DNA of 63,191 bases, counting the filler, from Craspedostauros australis (Eukaryota): the NCBI GenBank assembly GCA_030167865.1. It is 12 parts of 12 records of this genome, joined end to end, with 100 filler letters (N's around TTAATTAATTAA, not from the genome) between each part and the next. Parts side by side here need not be neighbours in the genome. Positions count along the whole stretch, not along the records: positions 8,424 to 10,903 come from JALAGF010004307.1; positions 11,004 to 16,345 come from JALAGF010004308.1; positions 16,446 to 25,916 come from JALAGF010004309.1; 9 more parts are not named here. One strand, given 5' to 3'. The notes beneath the pieces are model-generated. The model did not search any database and was not told where the DNA came from. It was given only the letters and a program-made list of their open reading frames with translations. A program made the translations under genes and the position numbers. Below are positions 9,776 through 22,200 of the stretch, one piece after another (position 1 is the first letter of the stretch; each line of letters starts with the position of its first letter).

Positions 9776-10429
9776 GTTTGACTGTTACTTACTGGCGAAA
9801 GGCAGGGGAGTGTTTGCGACAGTTATGCAAATGCTATCTGGATGTGTGTTATGAAACGAAGAGTGTTGCTTCATTCCGAGGCTTCCTCCTGTGTTCGTTT
9901 TCATCATGTGGTGATCAACAAGCTTGTCATGCACAGCATCTGCACTATCCATCACCGTGTTGCAGCGTGATCATCCCATGTGGAGCTACTCCCCTCCACT
10001 AGCGTTCAACGCATGCTACGAGCCTGGTCGATCCCACGTTCGAGGAGGAATGATTATATATTATAAAAGGAATAGATATTTTATAACAATATGTACATGT
10101 CTATTTGTACGTTACATAAATATACACCTTCGAAGATGAGTGTATGTACAATACTAGGCTAGACCCAACGCACAACGTACGGTTTGGGACAGCTCCTATG
10201 AGTCGAAATTTTGGGATACACATGGTTCTCTTTGCCTGCGCCACACTCGCTCGGAGCATGCACGTGTCACTAACACTGTGACGCTTTGGCTCTTCACCAT
10301 GTGCTTCGATCCGTTGAGACAATGATGTGAGGCTCGCGTGCTTGTCGCCATGTGCCTCTAAGTGGAATGTGTTTGGATAGACAACGACACGACATGTATG
10401 TGCGACACGCATGAGACAGGATCAGCGTA

Positions 10430-10545
10430 GACGAGCAAACTTGGGGAATCGACGAGCAAACGAGGGGAGTCGACGAGCAAACGAGGCGCGTCCGACGAGC
10501 AAACGAGGGGAATCGACGAGCAAACTTGGGGAATCGACGAGCAAA
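10430..10545 (+). repeat. Tandem array of ~5.5 x 21-22-bp units with invariant core GACGAGCAAA(C)
   Basis: Cores start at 10430, 10451, 10472, 10494, 10515 and 10536, separated by TTGGGGAATC / GAGGGGAGTC / GAGGCGCGTCC / GAGGGGAATC / TTGGGGAATC. Confidence 0.95.
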
Positions 10546-10861
10546 GGACACTAAATCAGCCCAAAATACCGCGGATTTGGCACTGCGACATGGGGGTGAT
10601 AGTTGATCAAGCTAATGCATCGGGTATAGTTGTCTTTTTACCTGCAGTATGATGCAGAAATGAAAAATTGATAAGACAGATGAGACATGCAGCTTGTGTT
10701 GTTCAGCTTAAGTGGTTGATGTTGATTGAAAGCTGCGTTCGGAAACACAATTGACATGAGAGTTTTGCATCGCAACCTTGTCATCTACGATACTGCGACA
10801 TGTTGCTGTAAATGATTTTGTCGTATGGGACGTGTCGAAAGTACAGAAATAGTCCACACTT

Positions 10862-10903
10862 GAGGGGAATCGACGAGCAAACTTGGGGAATCGACGAGCA
10901 AAC
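10862..10903 (+). repeat. Second block of the same 21-bp repeat, cut by the contig end
   Basis: GAGGGGAATCGACGAGCAAACTTGGGGAATCGACGAGCAAAC. Confidence 0.95.
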
Positions 10904-11003
10904 NNNNNNNNNNNNNNNNNNNNNNNNNNNNNNNNNNNNNNNNNNNNTTAATTAATTAANNNNNNNNNNNNNNNNNNNNNNNNNNNNNNNNNNNNNNNNN
11001 NNN

Positions 11004-11556
11004 CTTCAGCTTCAGCCGGGTCACCCAGCACCACATGGAAGGGATCAGTTTCAGGAGTAACGAGCGTTGCCCAATGTTCCGGGCCCATCTCGAATTCCTC
11101 GTCAGTGAGCAAGCATGCGTTAAAGGCAGCCATAACGGTTTCCTTGTCTTTCAAGTGTCCAATGATGACAAGCTCTTGTCTTCGATCACCATAGGGGTCA
11201 ATCCAATAGGGGTCGACGGCATCGTCCACGCCGTCGGGCCAATCATCCTCGTCTATTGCCGCCCACCATGGATCGCCAAGAGTGACCGCGTACTGATTGC
11301 CAGCCAGAGAGAAAATTGAGCGATATTCGGCACGGTTTACCAACCAACAGAATCCCTTGGCTCGCAAGACAATAGACTTGTCAAACGGAGGTTCGTCGCT
11401 GTCCAAGATGACTTGGAATAATTTTCCCAGCTTGGCAGGATGGAAGGGCTTGCTGGACTGGAAGGTCAAGCTGCTGATGCCGTACTCTTCTGTCTCGGGA
11501 GTGTGCTCGCCGATGGGAGAATTGATTCCAATTCTACCATCTGAGAGTACGGACAT
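11004..11556 (-). CDS. CobW/COG0523 metal-chaperone C-terminal domain (fragment; no GTPase domain visible upstream)
   Basis: GEHTPETEEYGISS, KPFHPAKL, VLRAKGFCWL, YGDRRQELVIIG, ACLLTDEEF are CobW_C signature motifs. Confidence 0.85.
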
Positions 11557-13074
11557 GGTGATAGCACAAATGGAGGGATCCAGTCATGTCAAGACATCAA
11601 CCAGTTGGGCTTGGGCTTGGGCTTGGTACTTCAGGCAATCCTCGCACACTCCACATGGTGATTCTCATTGTCTAGCCCTTGCTCACTCACGTTCGTTGCT
11701 GCCTTGCCTTCCTTCTCTCTTGGCATGATTCTCTCATTTTCGGAATAAGTTGGGACAGAAGGATCAACTTCAAGAGTACGTACCCACGAGTTGTCATACT
11801 TTGCCCTCTATTTCACATTCCAATCGACAGACACAAACACTTTATCGCACAAATAGTTGAAGGTCAACAGCGAAAGGGTACACGTAAAACAGCCGCCTCA
11901 TACTCTGGTACAGTCAAGTATTTAGTGTTTGTCAGGAATCGAGGGTACGACTATGTCGTGATATCCTAGATTGCCGCACCTCACATAGTACCAAAAATAG
12001 ACTAGTCGATCTACCAAAGTCGGACACACTCCCAAGTCGATTGTGAGCCATCCTCCTCTGTGTGTCAAGAGTATGACGGACAACGGACGGACGAATGACA
12101 TGATGTATTCGTGATGACTAACGGACAAAGATGGCGAACCTTGGATGTAAAAGGGAGACTGGAACACCGAAGTGTTCCAAGCACGATGGTTGACCGGTGA
12201 AACAAACATCTATGGAGAAGCGCTATCACAGTTGAGTCGCTCGGAACTCAGAACACAATCGTGTGAATGACGGAGAACCGCGAAGGAGAACAAAGTGCGG
12301 ATCGGAACATCATCAAAGGATTGGACTGATTGTGCTAGAACATCATGTTCTGACCCAAGTGTGATCGTTGGTGAACATGTGAGAAAAGTGAGTGAACAAC
12401 ATGAAAGAGTGCACTGAATGGGTGATTGATGTCGGATCAGAAGAGAGTGAAACTCGACATCAGCATGCATGTACTGCAGGAGTGTAGAAGGGAATCACCA
12501 TGGATGAACATGATGAAATACACCTGGAATGCATGATGAGATGTGCATGATGAACAAGCTTTGCAATGATGAATACAAGAGCAACTAAAGGGTGCTACTG
12601 CTATTATCATGGGCAATGGATTTGAAGATGCAAGAAATGAAGATGTTGTTCTCACAGTTCCAACAATGCAACAACAGGAATAGGTAATCAGATACTACTA
12701 CTAACTAGAGACTGGGTTACCCCGGATTTCCAACAAGTGTTGTAATGTTGTTCATGTAATAGATGTATTGTACGTTGCAAGGTGCTCACTATGTTCTGGT
12801 CGAAGAATAGAGACCTTCCGAGGCAGGTGGTGGTGATGGTGATAGACGTGTAAGCAGCACCTCCATGTACCATCCGTACCATCCACTCGTTTTGGTTGTC
12901 AATCCATTCATCGATAGCGAGTGTGCAATGAGAATGATCGGGGAAACCATCAAGCTCAAGCAGGGTGATCAACCATCAGAGCACTATCCTCTCAATGACT
13001 GAGCATTCGAGATGGTGTTCCCTTTGAGCCGTTTCTGGATGCCTCTTCCTGCACACGCCTTATCTGTGAACACC

Positions 13075-14271
13075 TCAAGAGCAGGCAGCTGAGTTTGGCG
13101 TTGGGCAGTCCATCGTTGGATCATCGATGGTATAGGTAGAGTTGGGGGATCCGGGACACATGTCTGTGTCGACACAGTTTTGGCAGCTGCGTGCAAAATC
13201 GCAAGCAACTGGAGCAATGACAAGGTCATGAACAGCATCGTCACTGTTAGCAACACCATCGCAGCTAATTGTCGATCCGCACGCAAACTTCCGAATAAGA
13301 AGGCTTCCAAGATTCTTGTCATCACCTCTGTGGGCATTCTTGCACGCATCTTTTCCTTGGCATGCGTATATCCCGATGGTGATGTCGGCGATGACGGGCA
13401 ATACCACGTCTTCTCCCTGGTTGGAACGACGTCCGAGATTCATGCAGCTGCGCAACCCACTGCATGCTCCAGCCTGAACTCTGATAGAACCGTATATGTT
13501 CTTTCCAAGATTATGGCAGCTGGAAGCACCTTCGCATGCCTGTCGTCCAATAATCTTGTTACCGATAACAGCGCGGCTGTGTGGACGAGATGGGTGGAAA
13601 ACTCCAAAGGTTCTGCAGGAGTTCACCCCAGTGCAGCTATCGAAGATCATGACTTCGGGAGCGACGTTGACGCAAGAGCCAATTGCCGCGCAGGAATCTG
13701 GGGTGATGGTGAACGGCCCACCGTTGGATGAGCAACCTCCGGATGGACAGCAATCGTATCCTTCGGCACTGCATGCTGCAGTGAGTGCGTCGCCTCGTCC
13801 GGTCATGATGATCCTGCTGCCTTCGACAGCATTCAAGATGGTGGCGATAGCATCGTCATCATTCTTCACACGGTCAAAGAGTTTTTGGGAGTTGCCTCGC
13901 GAGTTTGCCTTGTTTTTTGCGTTGCATGCGAAGATGCTCTTGACGAGCCTGCCCTTTTTGTTTGGGAGCCTCTTGATGTCCGCCACAAAGTCAGCGCACG
14001 TACCATTGGCCTCGTCGCAAAAAACTCTGGACGGACGCCCTCTTTTGTGGAAGGTGCTGTTGACATCTCCTGGCGTTTCGAGGCAACCGACGATCATGAA
14101 AGGTAGAACAGGGGCCTCAGCCGGCTCCTCTGGTGACATCGGCGGCGGCACATCCCCTTCCAATGATCTTCGCGGAGCGAACACCGAGTCTTCAGCTGGA
14201 TCCAAAGCCAGCGTCATTGCCATGTTGGCAAGGACGAGAGCGCTGACAATAGTTGCCTTGATCTTGAACAT
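13075..14271 (-). CDS. Secreted cysteine-rich protein (~398 aa) with C-x-G-x-x-(S/A)-C repeats
   Basis: Signal peptide MFKIKATIVSALVLANMAMTLA. Repeats SCTGVNSC, ACEGASSC, ACSGLRSC, ACQGKDAC, ACGSTISC, ACDFARSC. Confidence 0.8.
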   Translation of the reverse strand: MFKIKATIVSALVLANMAMTLALDPAEDSVFAPRRSLEGDVPPPMSPEEPAEAPVLPFMIVGCLETPGDVNSTFHKRGRPSRVFCDEANGTCADFVADIKRLPNKKGRLVKSIFACNAKNKANSRGNSQKLFDRVKNDDDAIATILNAVEGSRIIMTGRGDALTAACSAEGYDCCPSGGCSSNGGPFTITPDSCAAIGSCVNVAPEVMIFDSCTGVNSCRTFGVFHPSRPHSRAVIGNKIIGRQACEGASSCHNLGKNIYGSIRVQAGACSGLRSCMNLGRRSNQGEDVVLPVIADITIGIYACQGKDACKNAHRGDDKNLGSLLIRKFACGSTISCDGVANSDDAVHDLVIAPVACDFARSCQNCVDTDMCPGSPNSTYTIDDPTMDCPTPNSAACS

Positions 14272-14949
14272 GGTTGCTATCGGTTGGTTGATTGTTTTGT
14301 CAGTGTGCGTCGTTATCTGCATGGAACGAAACAGTGCGCACGCAGATGCAGATGCATCGCAAACGTGTTGTATCATGCGAAGAATAGGTGGAAACGAACC
14401 ACATCATTGACCGCAGCCAGATCAGACAGGAGTTAAGATGCAATCCGTCCAGCGATTCGTTTGTTGAGAGAAGCGTCGTGGTTTTGGATGGTCGAACAAG
14501 TGGACAATGTGATGAGCGAGGATGTGAGAATGAGGGAGAACGAGAACGAAGGCTGCTGTTGCCGAGCGTGGTGGTGAAGTGGAGTGGCATGGCATGGCAT
14601 GCCTTTGCCACATTGTGACATCGACGAACCACCCATGAGAACAGTTCGCAGGTAGAGCAGAGGACGATTCCGAGAGTGTGTAGGTGGCTGGCAAGCTTGA
14701 GCCGGAAACGACTCTTCACGCCAGTCACATTGGTGCGTGGGCACCTGCTGCCTTGTGCCATGGTGTTGTTATGGCCACGGCCATGATGCACACGAATGAA
14801 CATACCGTTTGCTTCGTTCTGTTTCGGTTTCCGATCAGTTGGTGTTGTGTTTCGGGATGGCCGTGGTTGTGTTTTGCTTGGAGTTAGGTGTTGTACGCTA
14901 CTACAATAAAAGATATCGCTGTTGTTGCTGTTGTGAGGCAGTTGTTTTT

Positions 14950-15470
14950 ATGAGATGTGAAAAGGGATCCAAGATCATTCGAAGTGGGTATGGGTACTTT
15001 CGTGCGGAGAAGTATGGTGCGATGCATAGGAAGAGGACGATGGCTCTGCACAACACGTCCTTGATAGGTGACATGCCTCTCCTCCATGTTGGTTGCTGAG
15101 AGGCAGCGATCTTCGGTGGTCCTTGAGGGTTCTGCAAGGTGGAAGTGTGTTCAATTGGTTGGCACGCAACAGCCAAGAAGAAGAAAGCACGCTCTTGATA
15201 ATTCTGACTGTTTCTTCCAAATGAGAAACACGGAAAAATGCATGCGATCTTCGGGGCGACCCAACAGCAGACATTCTTGGCCTTCCACTCCGTACACAGT
15301 TCGGGTGCCGATACTGCACATAATACGAAAGCAGGAGCGGAGACTCATGTTGCAGCTCGATAATAATCATAACTCAGGGATTACATTAGAAATGTGTCAG
15401 TTGCCTTTACACTCGCCACTGCCAGCCCTGTAGGGCCTGGCATTGAGTGAGCTTTCAGAGTGTCTGTCAG
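14950..15470 (-). pseudogene. Possible decayed relic of a diatom RNI-like/LRR gene
   Basis: Fragments in different frames (VEGQECLLLG; SSSWLLRANQL; RAIVLFLCIAP) loosely resemble the C-terminal cap of diatom LRR proteins. Frameshifted and weak. Confidence 0.25.
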
Positions 15471-16445
15471 AAATCGGGTGTTCTGGAACACTGGATTGCC
15501 GCACCTCCCACGTATGCCAGAGATTGAGAGTCGTGAAATTCGAGATTACCGCACCTCCCTCTTTGGAACTTTATGTCACACCAAAAATGTGAGCTGCGTG
15601 AAAGAGGCAGAGAACACTGTGTGACAAGTGTGAATTGGATTGTGATGTTCATGGCCTCAATGCAGGAATGGAAGTCACATGTGCATGTCGCAGGGGGCAG
15701 CGATGTTGGATTTGTGGCCAGCATCATGATACCCGCGACTACGGCCCCCATGTCGCGACGAGCAAGAAAAGAGTATTCGAGACAGGCTGGCGTCACAAAG
15801 TGTGAGATGGCTTGTGAATGGGTCCTTGATGACAAACTGGTGAATGATCACAGAGGATCAGAGTTGTCCCAGGATGAGAAGTCAGAGGAGGAAACATCCA
15901 AGCTGTTCTAGTGAAACATGGAGACTGTGATCTGATTGAATGGAACGAGTCAGGTGATGCCTGTGATTCAACAATGCCTATGCCAACAACACTATCGGAG
16001 GCAAGATAACATGATGAGTGCATGGACATGGGAAACATGGTAGTGCATGCATGTCCATGGTGAATTCAAGATGAATGCAAGATGAATGTATGCAAGATGA
16101 ACAGAGGGACCTGTGGAGATCTCAGCAGGAGATCGAACTTTGAAAAGTTGAGAGCTGTTAGAACGAAATCAAGGATGGGATTCCGCACCAAAACGTAGAG
16201 TGATCAGATCGTTGTTGGGGTGAGGATGAGTGTTGTTATTGAGTATTATTCGTATGAGTAGTGGAATGCGGGCGAGCTCACAAGATGGTTTCTTGAGAAC
16301 TGTGAGCATGAGAGAGGCATGACATGATCTCATGCAATTGCAAGTNNNNNNNNNNNNNNNNNNNNNNNNNNNNNNNNNNNNNNNNNNNNTTAATTAATTA
16401 ANNNNNNNNNNNNNNNNNNNNNNNNNNNNNNNNNNNNNNNNNNNN

Positions 16446-16860
16446 CATCGTTTGGGACAAGGCTGCTGTCTACTGCCTGCATGGGCTTCACACCAACAAC
16501 TTGCTTGATGGTGATCGGCTTGCGCAACACAGCAGACGGCTTGTCAAGCAACAAATGCTCCGTGGCAGGAAGCAGATTCCCCTTGGAGTCGAAGGGAGGA
16601 TCAGACGCAAGTTGAGCGGAACGAGGTTTCTTCCTTGGCGAGGGGTTGACATCCTTGGAAAGGGCTTTCGGGGTGGAGGAGGTGAGCATGATGGCGATGA
16701 TAGTGGAGTAGAGGAGTTGGTGTGGTGGGGTGGATGGCTTGCACGAGTCTGAGGAAAAGTGACCATACAAGATCACGCAGTGATAGGTAGACAATGGAGT
16801 AACAACAACGACGACTTCCGTAGTCGGAACCAGTAATGCTACTCATGCTATTTGTGCAAC
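16446..16860 (-). mobile_element. 5' fragment of the Sola3-like transposase gene (third copy; ATG at 16689)
   Basis: Reverse complement of 26017-~26431 and 28487-~28901, starting at the same base (GTTGCACAAATAGC). Confidence 0.85.
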
Positions 16861-19233
16861 NNNNNNNNNNNNNNNNNNNNNNNNNNNNNNNNNNNNNNNN
16901 NNNNNNNNNNNNNNNNNNNNNNNNNNNNNNNNNNNNNNNNNNNNNNNNNNNNNNNNNNNNNNNNNNNNNNNNNNNNNNNNCATCTTTGTGATGTGTTCAG
17001 TTTGTGGAGGCTCAAAACGCCGATTGTTGTTACCAGTGCTAACGTGGGATTAACGCGTTTCAAACGATCGAGTTAGGAGGAAGCAGCCGAAACACCAGCG
17101 TGAATAGATACCTTTTGTATTTTGCACAGAACATCATAGAACATTCCAAAATAAAAGGCGACGTATCGTTGACTTCGACTCATAGGACCACAAAAACATG
17201 AATGATCCATAAAACTTAAAACATAAACTATAGCAATATGGACTTTATTTTTTCGTCATACCGTGATGGTTAGTATTCTTAATTTGTGGGTGGCTTTCCA
17301 TATATCCAGAAAAAGTTGACATGCCTGATTACGGACTGCAGGTCGACTCACTCGAGGGGGTCATATCATATTGCAATACATGCCTGTGGAGTGTAGAGTA
17401 TTCAGAATTCATTGTGGATATGCTCTCTGGGGGGAAGCGTGTGGGAAGCAGAATGCAAGCCAATGAGTATGAGATGAGTACGAACCATTACAGAGTGTCG
17501 CAAGTGAAATAACCATACTCCCTGTGGAGGAGATGTGTGCGCTGATGATCTCCGCATGAACCACGTAACGTGCTGAATGAAGTCAAGTCCGAATTGGAGC
17601 TACACAAGGGACATCCTAGTATCTATTGGGAATACACACGATTATTGTCGAACACACTAAATTTTACAGGAGCCGCGGCATAACAATCAAATATTTTAAT
17701 TGTTGAACAGTAGCGGATGCGATGTGAAAGGAACATCTAAGAAACGGTAATACATGGTACTCATTTTGTCTCTTTTTTAGACATCAGTCTAATTGTTCGC
17801 ATTCTTTTCTGTAATGACCTCGACTTTATCCCCCAACGTAGTCACGGACGGCGCGACTCCACTTAACCACGTTGTTAACGACCATCAAAGAGATCGAAAA
17901 CACGATGAATGCCATAAATAGAAAAGCGTTTCAGGAGTGACATCGAGCTTATTGGAGCCGTGTCATTTTCAGCACCCCAGAAACGTCAATATCTTCCCCA
18001 GGGCCAAGCAGTCTGGGCCATATTTTTTCACCGTATATTAAATAGAGTAGCACTGTTCGTAGCTGCGCGAAGAAATTTCTTTGCGACCGATTCCAACGAC
18101 CATCACCGCGATGGCTGATGCCCAGATCGCATACTTCGTCAACAAGCTCTCCTGTTCAACTCTCACCACGCTTCTGCATCAGACGCCAAGTTGCGTTGTT
18201 GATGGCCGTCTTATAGTACTGCGGTCGCGCAACTTGAAAGCGGATGAGCAGCAACATAGTATCATGTAGTACCTCGTCTTGTGGTTTAGTTCAGTGTAAA
18301 GTCGCTTGGTGTGGTGTTCACGGTTGACTTGCCTGATGGCACTTGGAAGAAGCAGGCACGAGAAAAGGGCGAACGAGGAGGCGAAGGGGCGGTTCGTTGC
18401 AAGAACAACAGCAGCAACAGCAGCTGGATGACGGTGTCAACTCATCGACAATGGCATTCCTGCGACGGCAGCCAGGACTCCAACGCAAGCGACGTCAACC
18501 GAAACGAGCATTGAAGCGCCATCGCAGACATGAGTGTGCGATGAAACTGTCGGCAACACGTTGCCATGGTGTCGGTGCTCGCGTGATGAAGTCGACACCA
18601 GCGAAACGCAAATGCAACCGAATCCATCATCGTTGCCATTGACGATGTCCTTCTTTCGCTTTTTGCTGCTCCAGCGCTGTTCGTCGCAGAACTTTACCTT
18701 GTGAACGGAGTCGTGCGCCATTGCTCGTCTCCGCATTGTTTCGAAGTCTCGTCAACGCAGATCACATGGCATGAGCCGGATGTTGTGGTTGTGTTCACGA
18801 GAGTGTAGCTTCCGGATTGCCATGCGCTATGTTGCTTGAGAAATTCGCTCAGTTCGATAGATCGCCATGGCGCATCAAGAACTTGTGGACACGGAAACGA
18901 AATTGCGTGGAAGGCACAGGATGGCACAGGGAATCGTGTCGTCGATGTCGAGACGAGCCATTCCTTGCCAGAGAAACAACAAGAAGCCAGATGGTGTGCG
19001 ACCTGGTAACTTTCGACGCGCTGCGTTCTGTTCCTGTGCGCGTAGAATCTTTCGTTCAAACTTGTACCAGCATGAAGCATCAGCAAGGAATCAACAGAAG
19101 AACAAGGCAACAGTGTCAACGGCGCAAATGTATCCAACACATCATAATAAAGAAACAGCACCGACAACAGCACCAACAACAACACAAACAACAACACAAG
19201 CACCCTGATTCAACTCACAACCAACGTGCAAAG

Positions 19234-22200
19234 ATGCAACCCAACAACACCCAAGCCGCCGACCCTCGCTCATGGCAACACAACAGAGCGGCGCCGGCAG
19301 CAGCGCCCAACAACGCGGCGAGGGTCCCGTCCTTCGCCGTAGCCTACACCAATCCTCCTGCTGGAGATGCCACCCCTTCGGTGGACGAAACACTGGCGCA
19401 AGCCATGGGACGGCTGTCTGTGCAACAGAAACGGATGTCCGAGCAGGAGATCATGGGCAAACTTGGGGTTCCTCCCGAAAATCCGCAACACATGAACCTC
19501 CTGTCGCAGCAACTGCGTGCACGATTGCTGTCCATCAGGCACAAACCGGCCTTTGACCTTGCTATGCGACAGAATCCTGCCTTCGTGAATAGTCCGCAAT
19601 TCCTTCGCATGTTTTTGCGCGCAGAAAGGAACGATGTCAACCACGCAGCAGACCGACTTGTGCGGCACTTCGAAGGCAAGCGAGAGATCTGGGGTGTTGA
19701 CAAGCTCACCAAGAGGATCACCATGGACGACTTCACTGCAGAAGAGAAACAGTTCTTCACCAAGAGCGGGGGCAGCACCCAAATGTTGCCAATACGGGAT
19801 CATGCGGGAAGGGCCGTATTCTTCTCCCACGAGGGAGAACTCGCTGAAAGCCTCATGGACCAGAACCCTGAGATACACAACGTAAGTTCCGTACTTCTGC
19901 ATCGGTCAATGTCTCCGATGTCCATCGATGGACGATGTCTGTGAAGCTCGTGTGATTAGCTCGTAACAGGTGTTGCAAAAGGACCACGTGCACCCGCCAA
20001 CGCGAAGTCCAGTTGGCATGTATTCTGATATATGCAAGTCAATCCGCTGCTCACCCCATCTTTCCATCACTTCCTCCGACTCTGCTCCAACCCTGTTGCA
20101 TTCGTGCGTACCCTCCTCTCTCCCAATTCCATAGACTCGCTTTCTGTGGTACCTTATCATGGCACACATGGAAGACGATGATGAAACACAGATCAATGGA
20201 ATTGTGTACGTGGGATATGGAGTGGACTCCAAACCCAAAGGAACCAAAGCCGAGCGCGATGTGTGGTGGGCTACATGCAAGGCTCTCAACGCCATGCCCG
20301 TCCGAATTACAGCCTTCCACTACTGCTACCAGGGGGGCCTGATGAAACCGTTGGTCGGCCTCGTGGCGTGGGGCTTGAGTCCCATCACTCGTTGCCGGAT
20401 CCAAGCAGTCTGCGGTAAGTCAATCCACCCATGCATGCCTACATGTATTCATGTATGGATGCTTTAGCGTTCAACCATTCACGTAGAGTTCGAACAGGCA
20501 TCCGTTCGATTGAAGCGCAACCAAGTTCTCATCTTTCTCCACGTTTCAAGTGCACCTTCACTCACTGATCGTTCTGTGTTCGTTCGTGCTGTCCCTGCTG
20601 TTTGCTTTCAAATCAACGTCACATTGCAGGAAACCATGCCACATGCGTCGGTCACTTGAAGACGTTTGGCATCCCCGTGCACGTCCTCCCCCTCGACGAG
20701 GACTACGCCGCATCATTCAAGCAGAGAGGCCAAAGCAAGAAGAAGCACCTTCCCATGAAGCTCAATCGTAAGGAATTCGAGAAGTTCCTGAGGCGCCGCA
20801 AGCAGGTTGAAGGGCATCCGATGGAGTATGCTCGCCGCATCGAGCTGCTGAGACAGACCGACATCATTGTTGGAAAGGGACAGAACCATCAGAAGCATCA
20901 CGGAAACCTCCGATTCGGCAGGCTTGTGACTGAGAGCGTGACAAGATTGGGCGCGGGGCGAAGCAACAAGGAGAAGGCTGATATTGGCATGAAGGTAGCC
21001 ATTCAGGTGAGACAGAACGGCATCCGATTCGTCCAACAGGTGGAAAAGTGTGGGATCTGGCGGCTTGCCAACTGGCAAGCAGTCGAGAACAAAGTTCGGA
21101 ATCTTACAAATCGCATCAAGATCAAGGCCAACAAGAACGAGGGCGAGGGCAAAGAGGAGGATGGTTCAACTAGCGTTGCTTCCAAGAGAGCGAGAAGCAT
21201 GCCACCACATCCTGGCTCATCACCAACTGCAGACAATCTTGAGACTGCCGGCATGCCCGTTGCCAACGAGGACGAAGATGAGGATGACGGCGACGAAGGG
21301 CGCGTCGCCACCACGAGCAGCCACCAAACCAGTGCGGGCGGCGACCAAGATGCCAAACCAGCCGCCAAACGAAGAGCGACACCGGCAAGCGCACCCGCAA
21401 CAGTTCCGGCTCCCGCTGTATCGTCGCCAGCGATGCAAGCAGGAGCCGTTGACGATGACGAAGTGCAAGTAGTCCAAGTCACCCGGGCTCCGACTTCCAT
21501 GCAGCTCACTACTTCTGCTGCCGGTGCCATTGCCCCACAAGCACAGACTCTAACGCCATACGGAGCTGTGCCTTCTCCCAACTTCCCCCAATATCCGGCT
21601 CATCCGCGAGCTCCAACCTTTGCCGCCTACCAACAAGCGGCAATCCAAAGAAGAGGCGTGCAGATGGGTCAGGCTGGAATGCCAGCAGGCATCGCCCCCA
21701 ACGCCCCGCAGCCACCACAGAACCTGCAAGCACAACAGGCGAGACCCAACCAACAGGCGTTTGGTCAGCCCCAGCAGCTCCTGGCAGGTCCAGCCAGTGG
21801 CCTCCCGAATTTCACCATGCCTCAGAACCTTGGCTTTCAGGGCACTGGTGCCGTGCCGTTCCAGAGTAGTGTCGCGGGAGCGAACATGGTCGGTGGAATG
21901 CCGGTGCCAACCAATCTATATGCAGCTTCGGCCGCGCAACCGAATCTGACCGCAACCGTTGCTCCCAATACCGTCATGATGCCAGCAAATGCTGGGACCG
22001 TTCCCAACCTCATGACAGGAGGTGTTGGTGGAGCGACAGCATTCAACCAAGGTACACCAAACATGCAGCTCCCACGGAATCTCACACCAAATCCCACCCA
22101 AAACTTCACGCAGAACATGCAAGTGCCCATGACATCCGCACAGGCGCAAACGCCGACAATGGTCGCCGAGCAGATGGGCATGCGAATGGGAAGGCAGCTG

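Noticed and set aside
10430..10545. CRISPR-like array
   Set aside because: The core is only 11 bp, the 'spacers' are 10-11 bp and re-used, there are no cas genes, and the context is eukaryotic.
18081..18800. Short ORFs upstream of the DUF6824 gene, and similar ones at 38200-39900
   Set aside because: No recognisable domains or consistent frame; treated as intergenic or too decayed to call.
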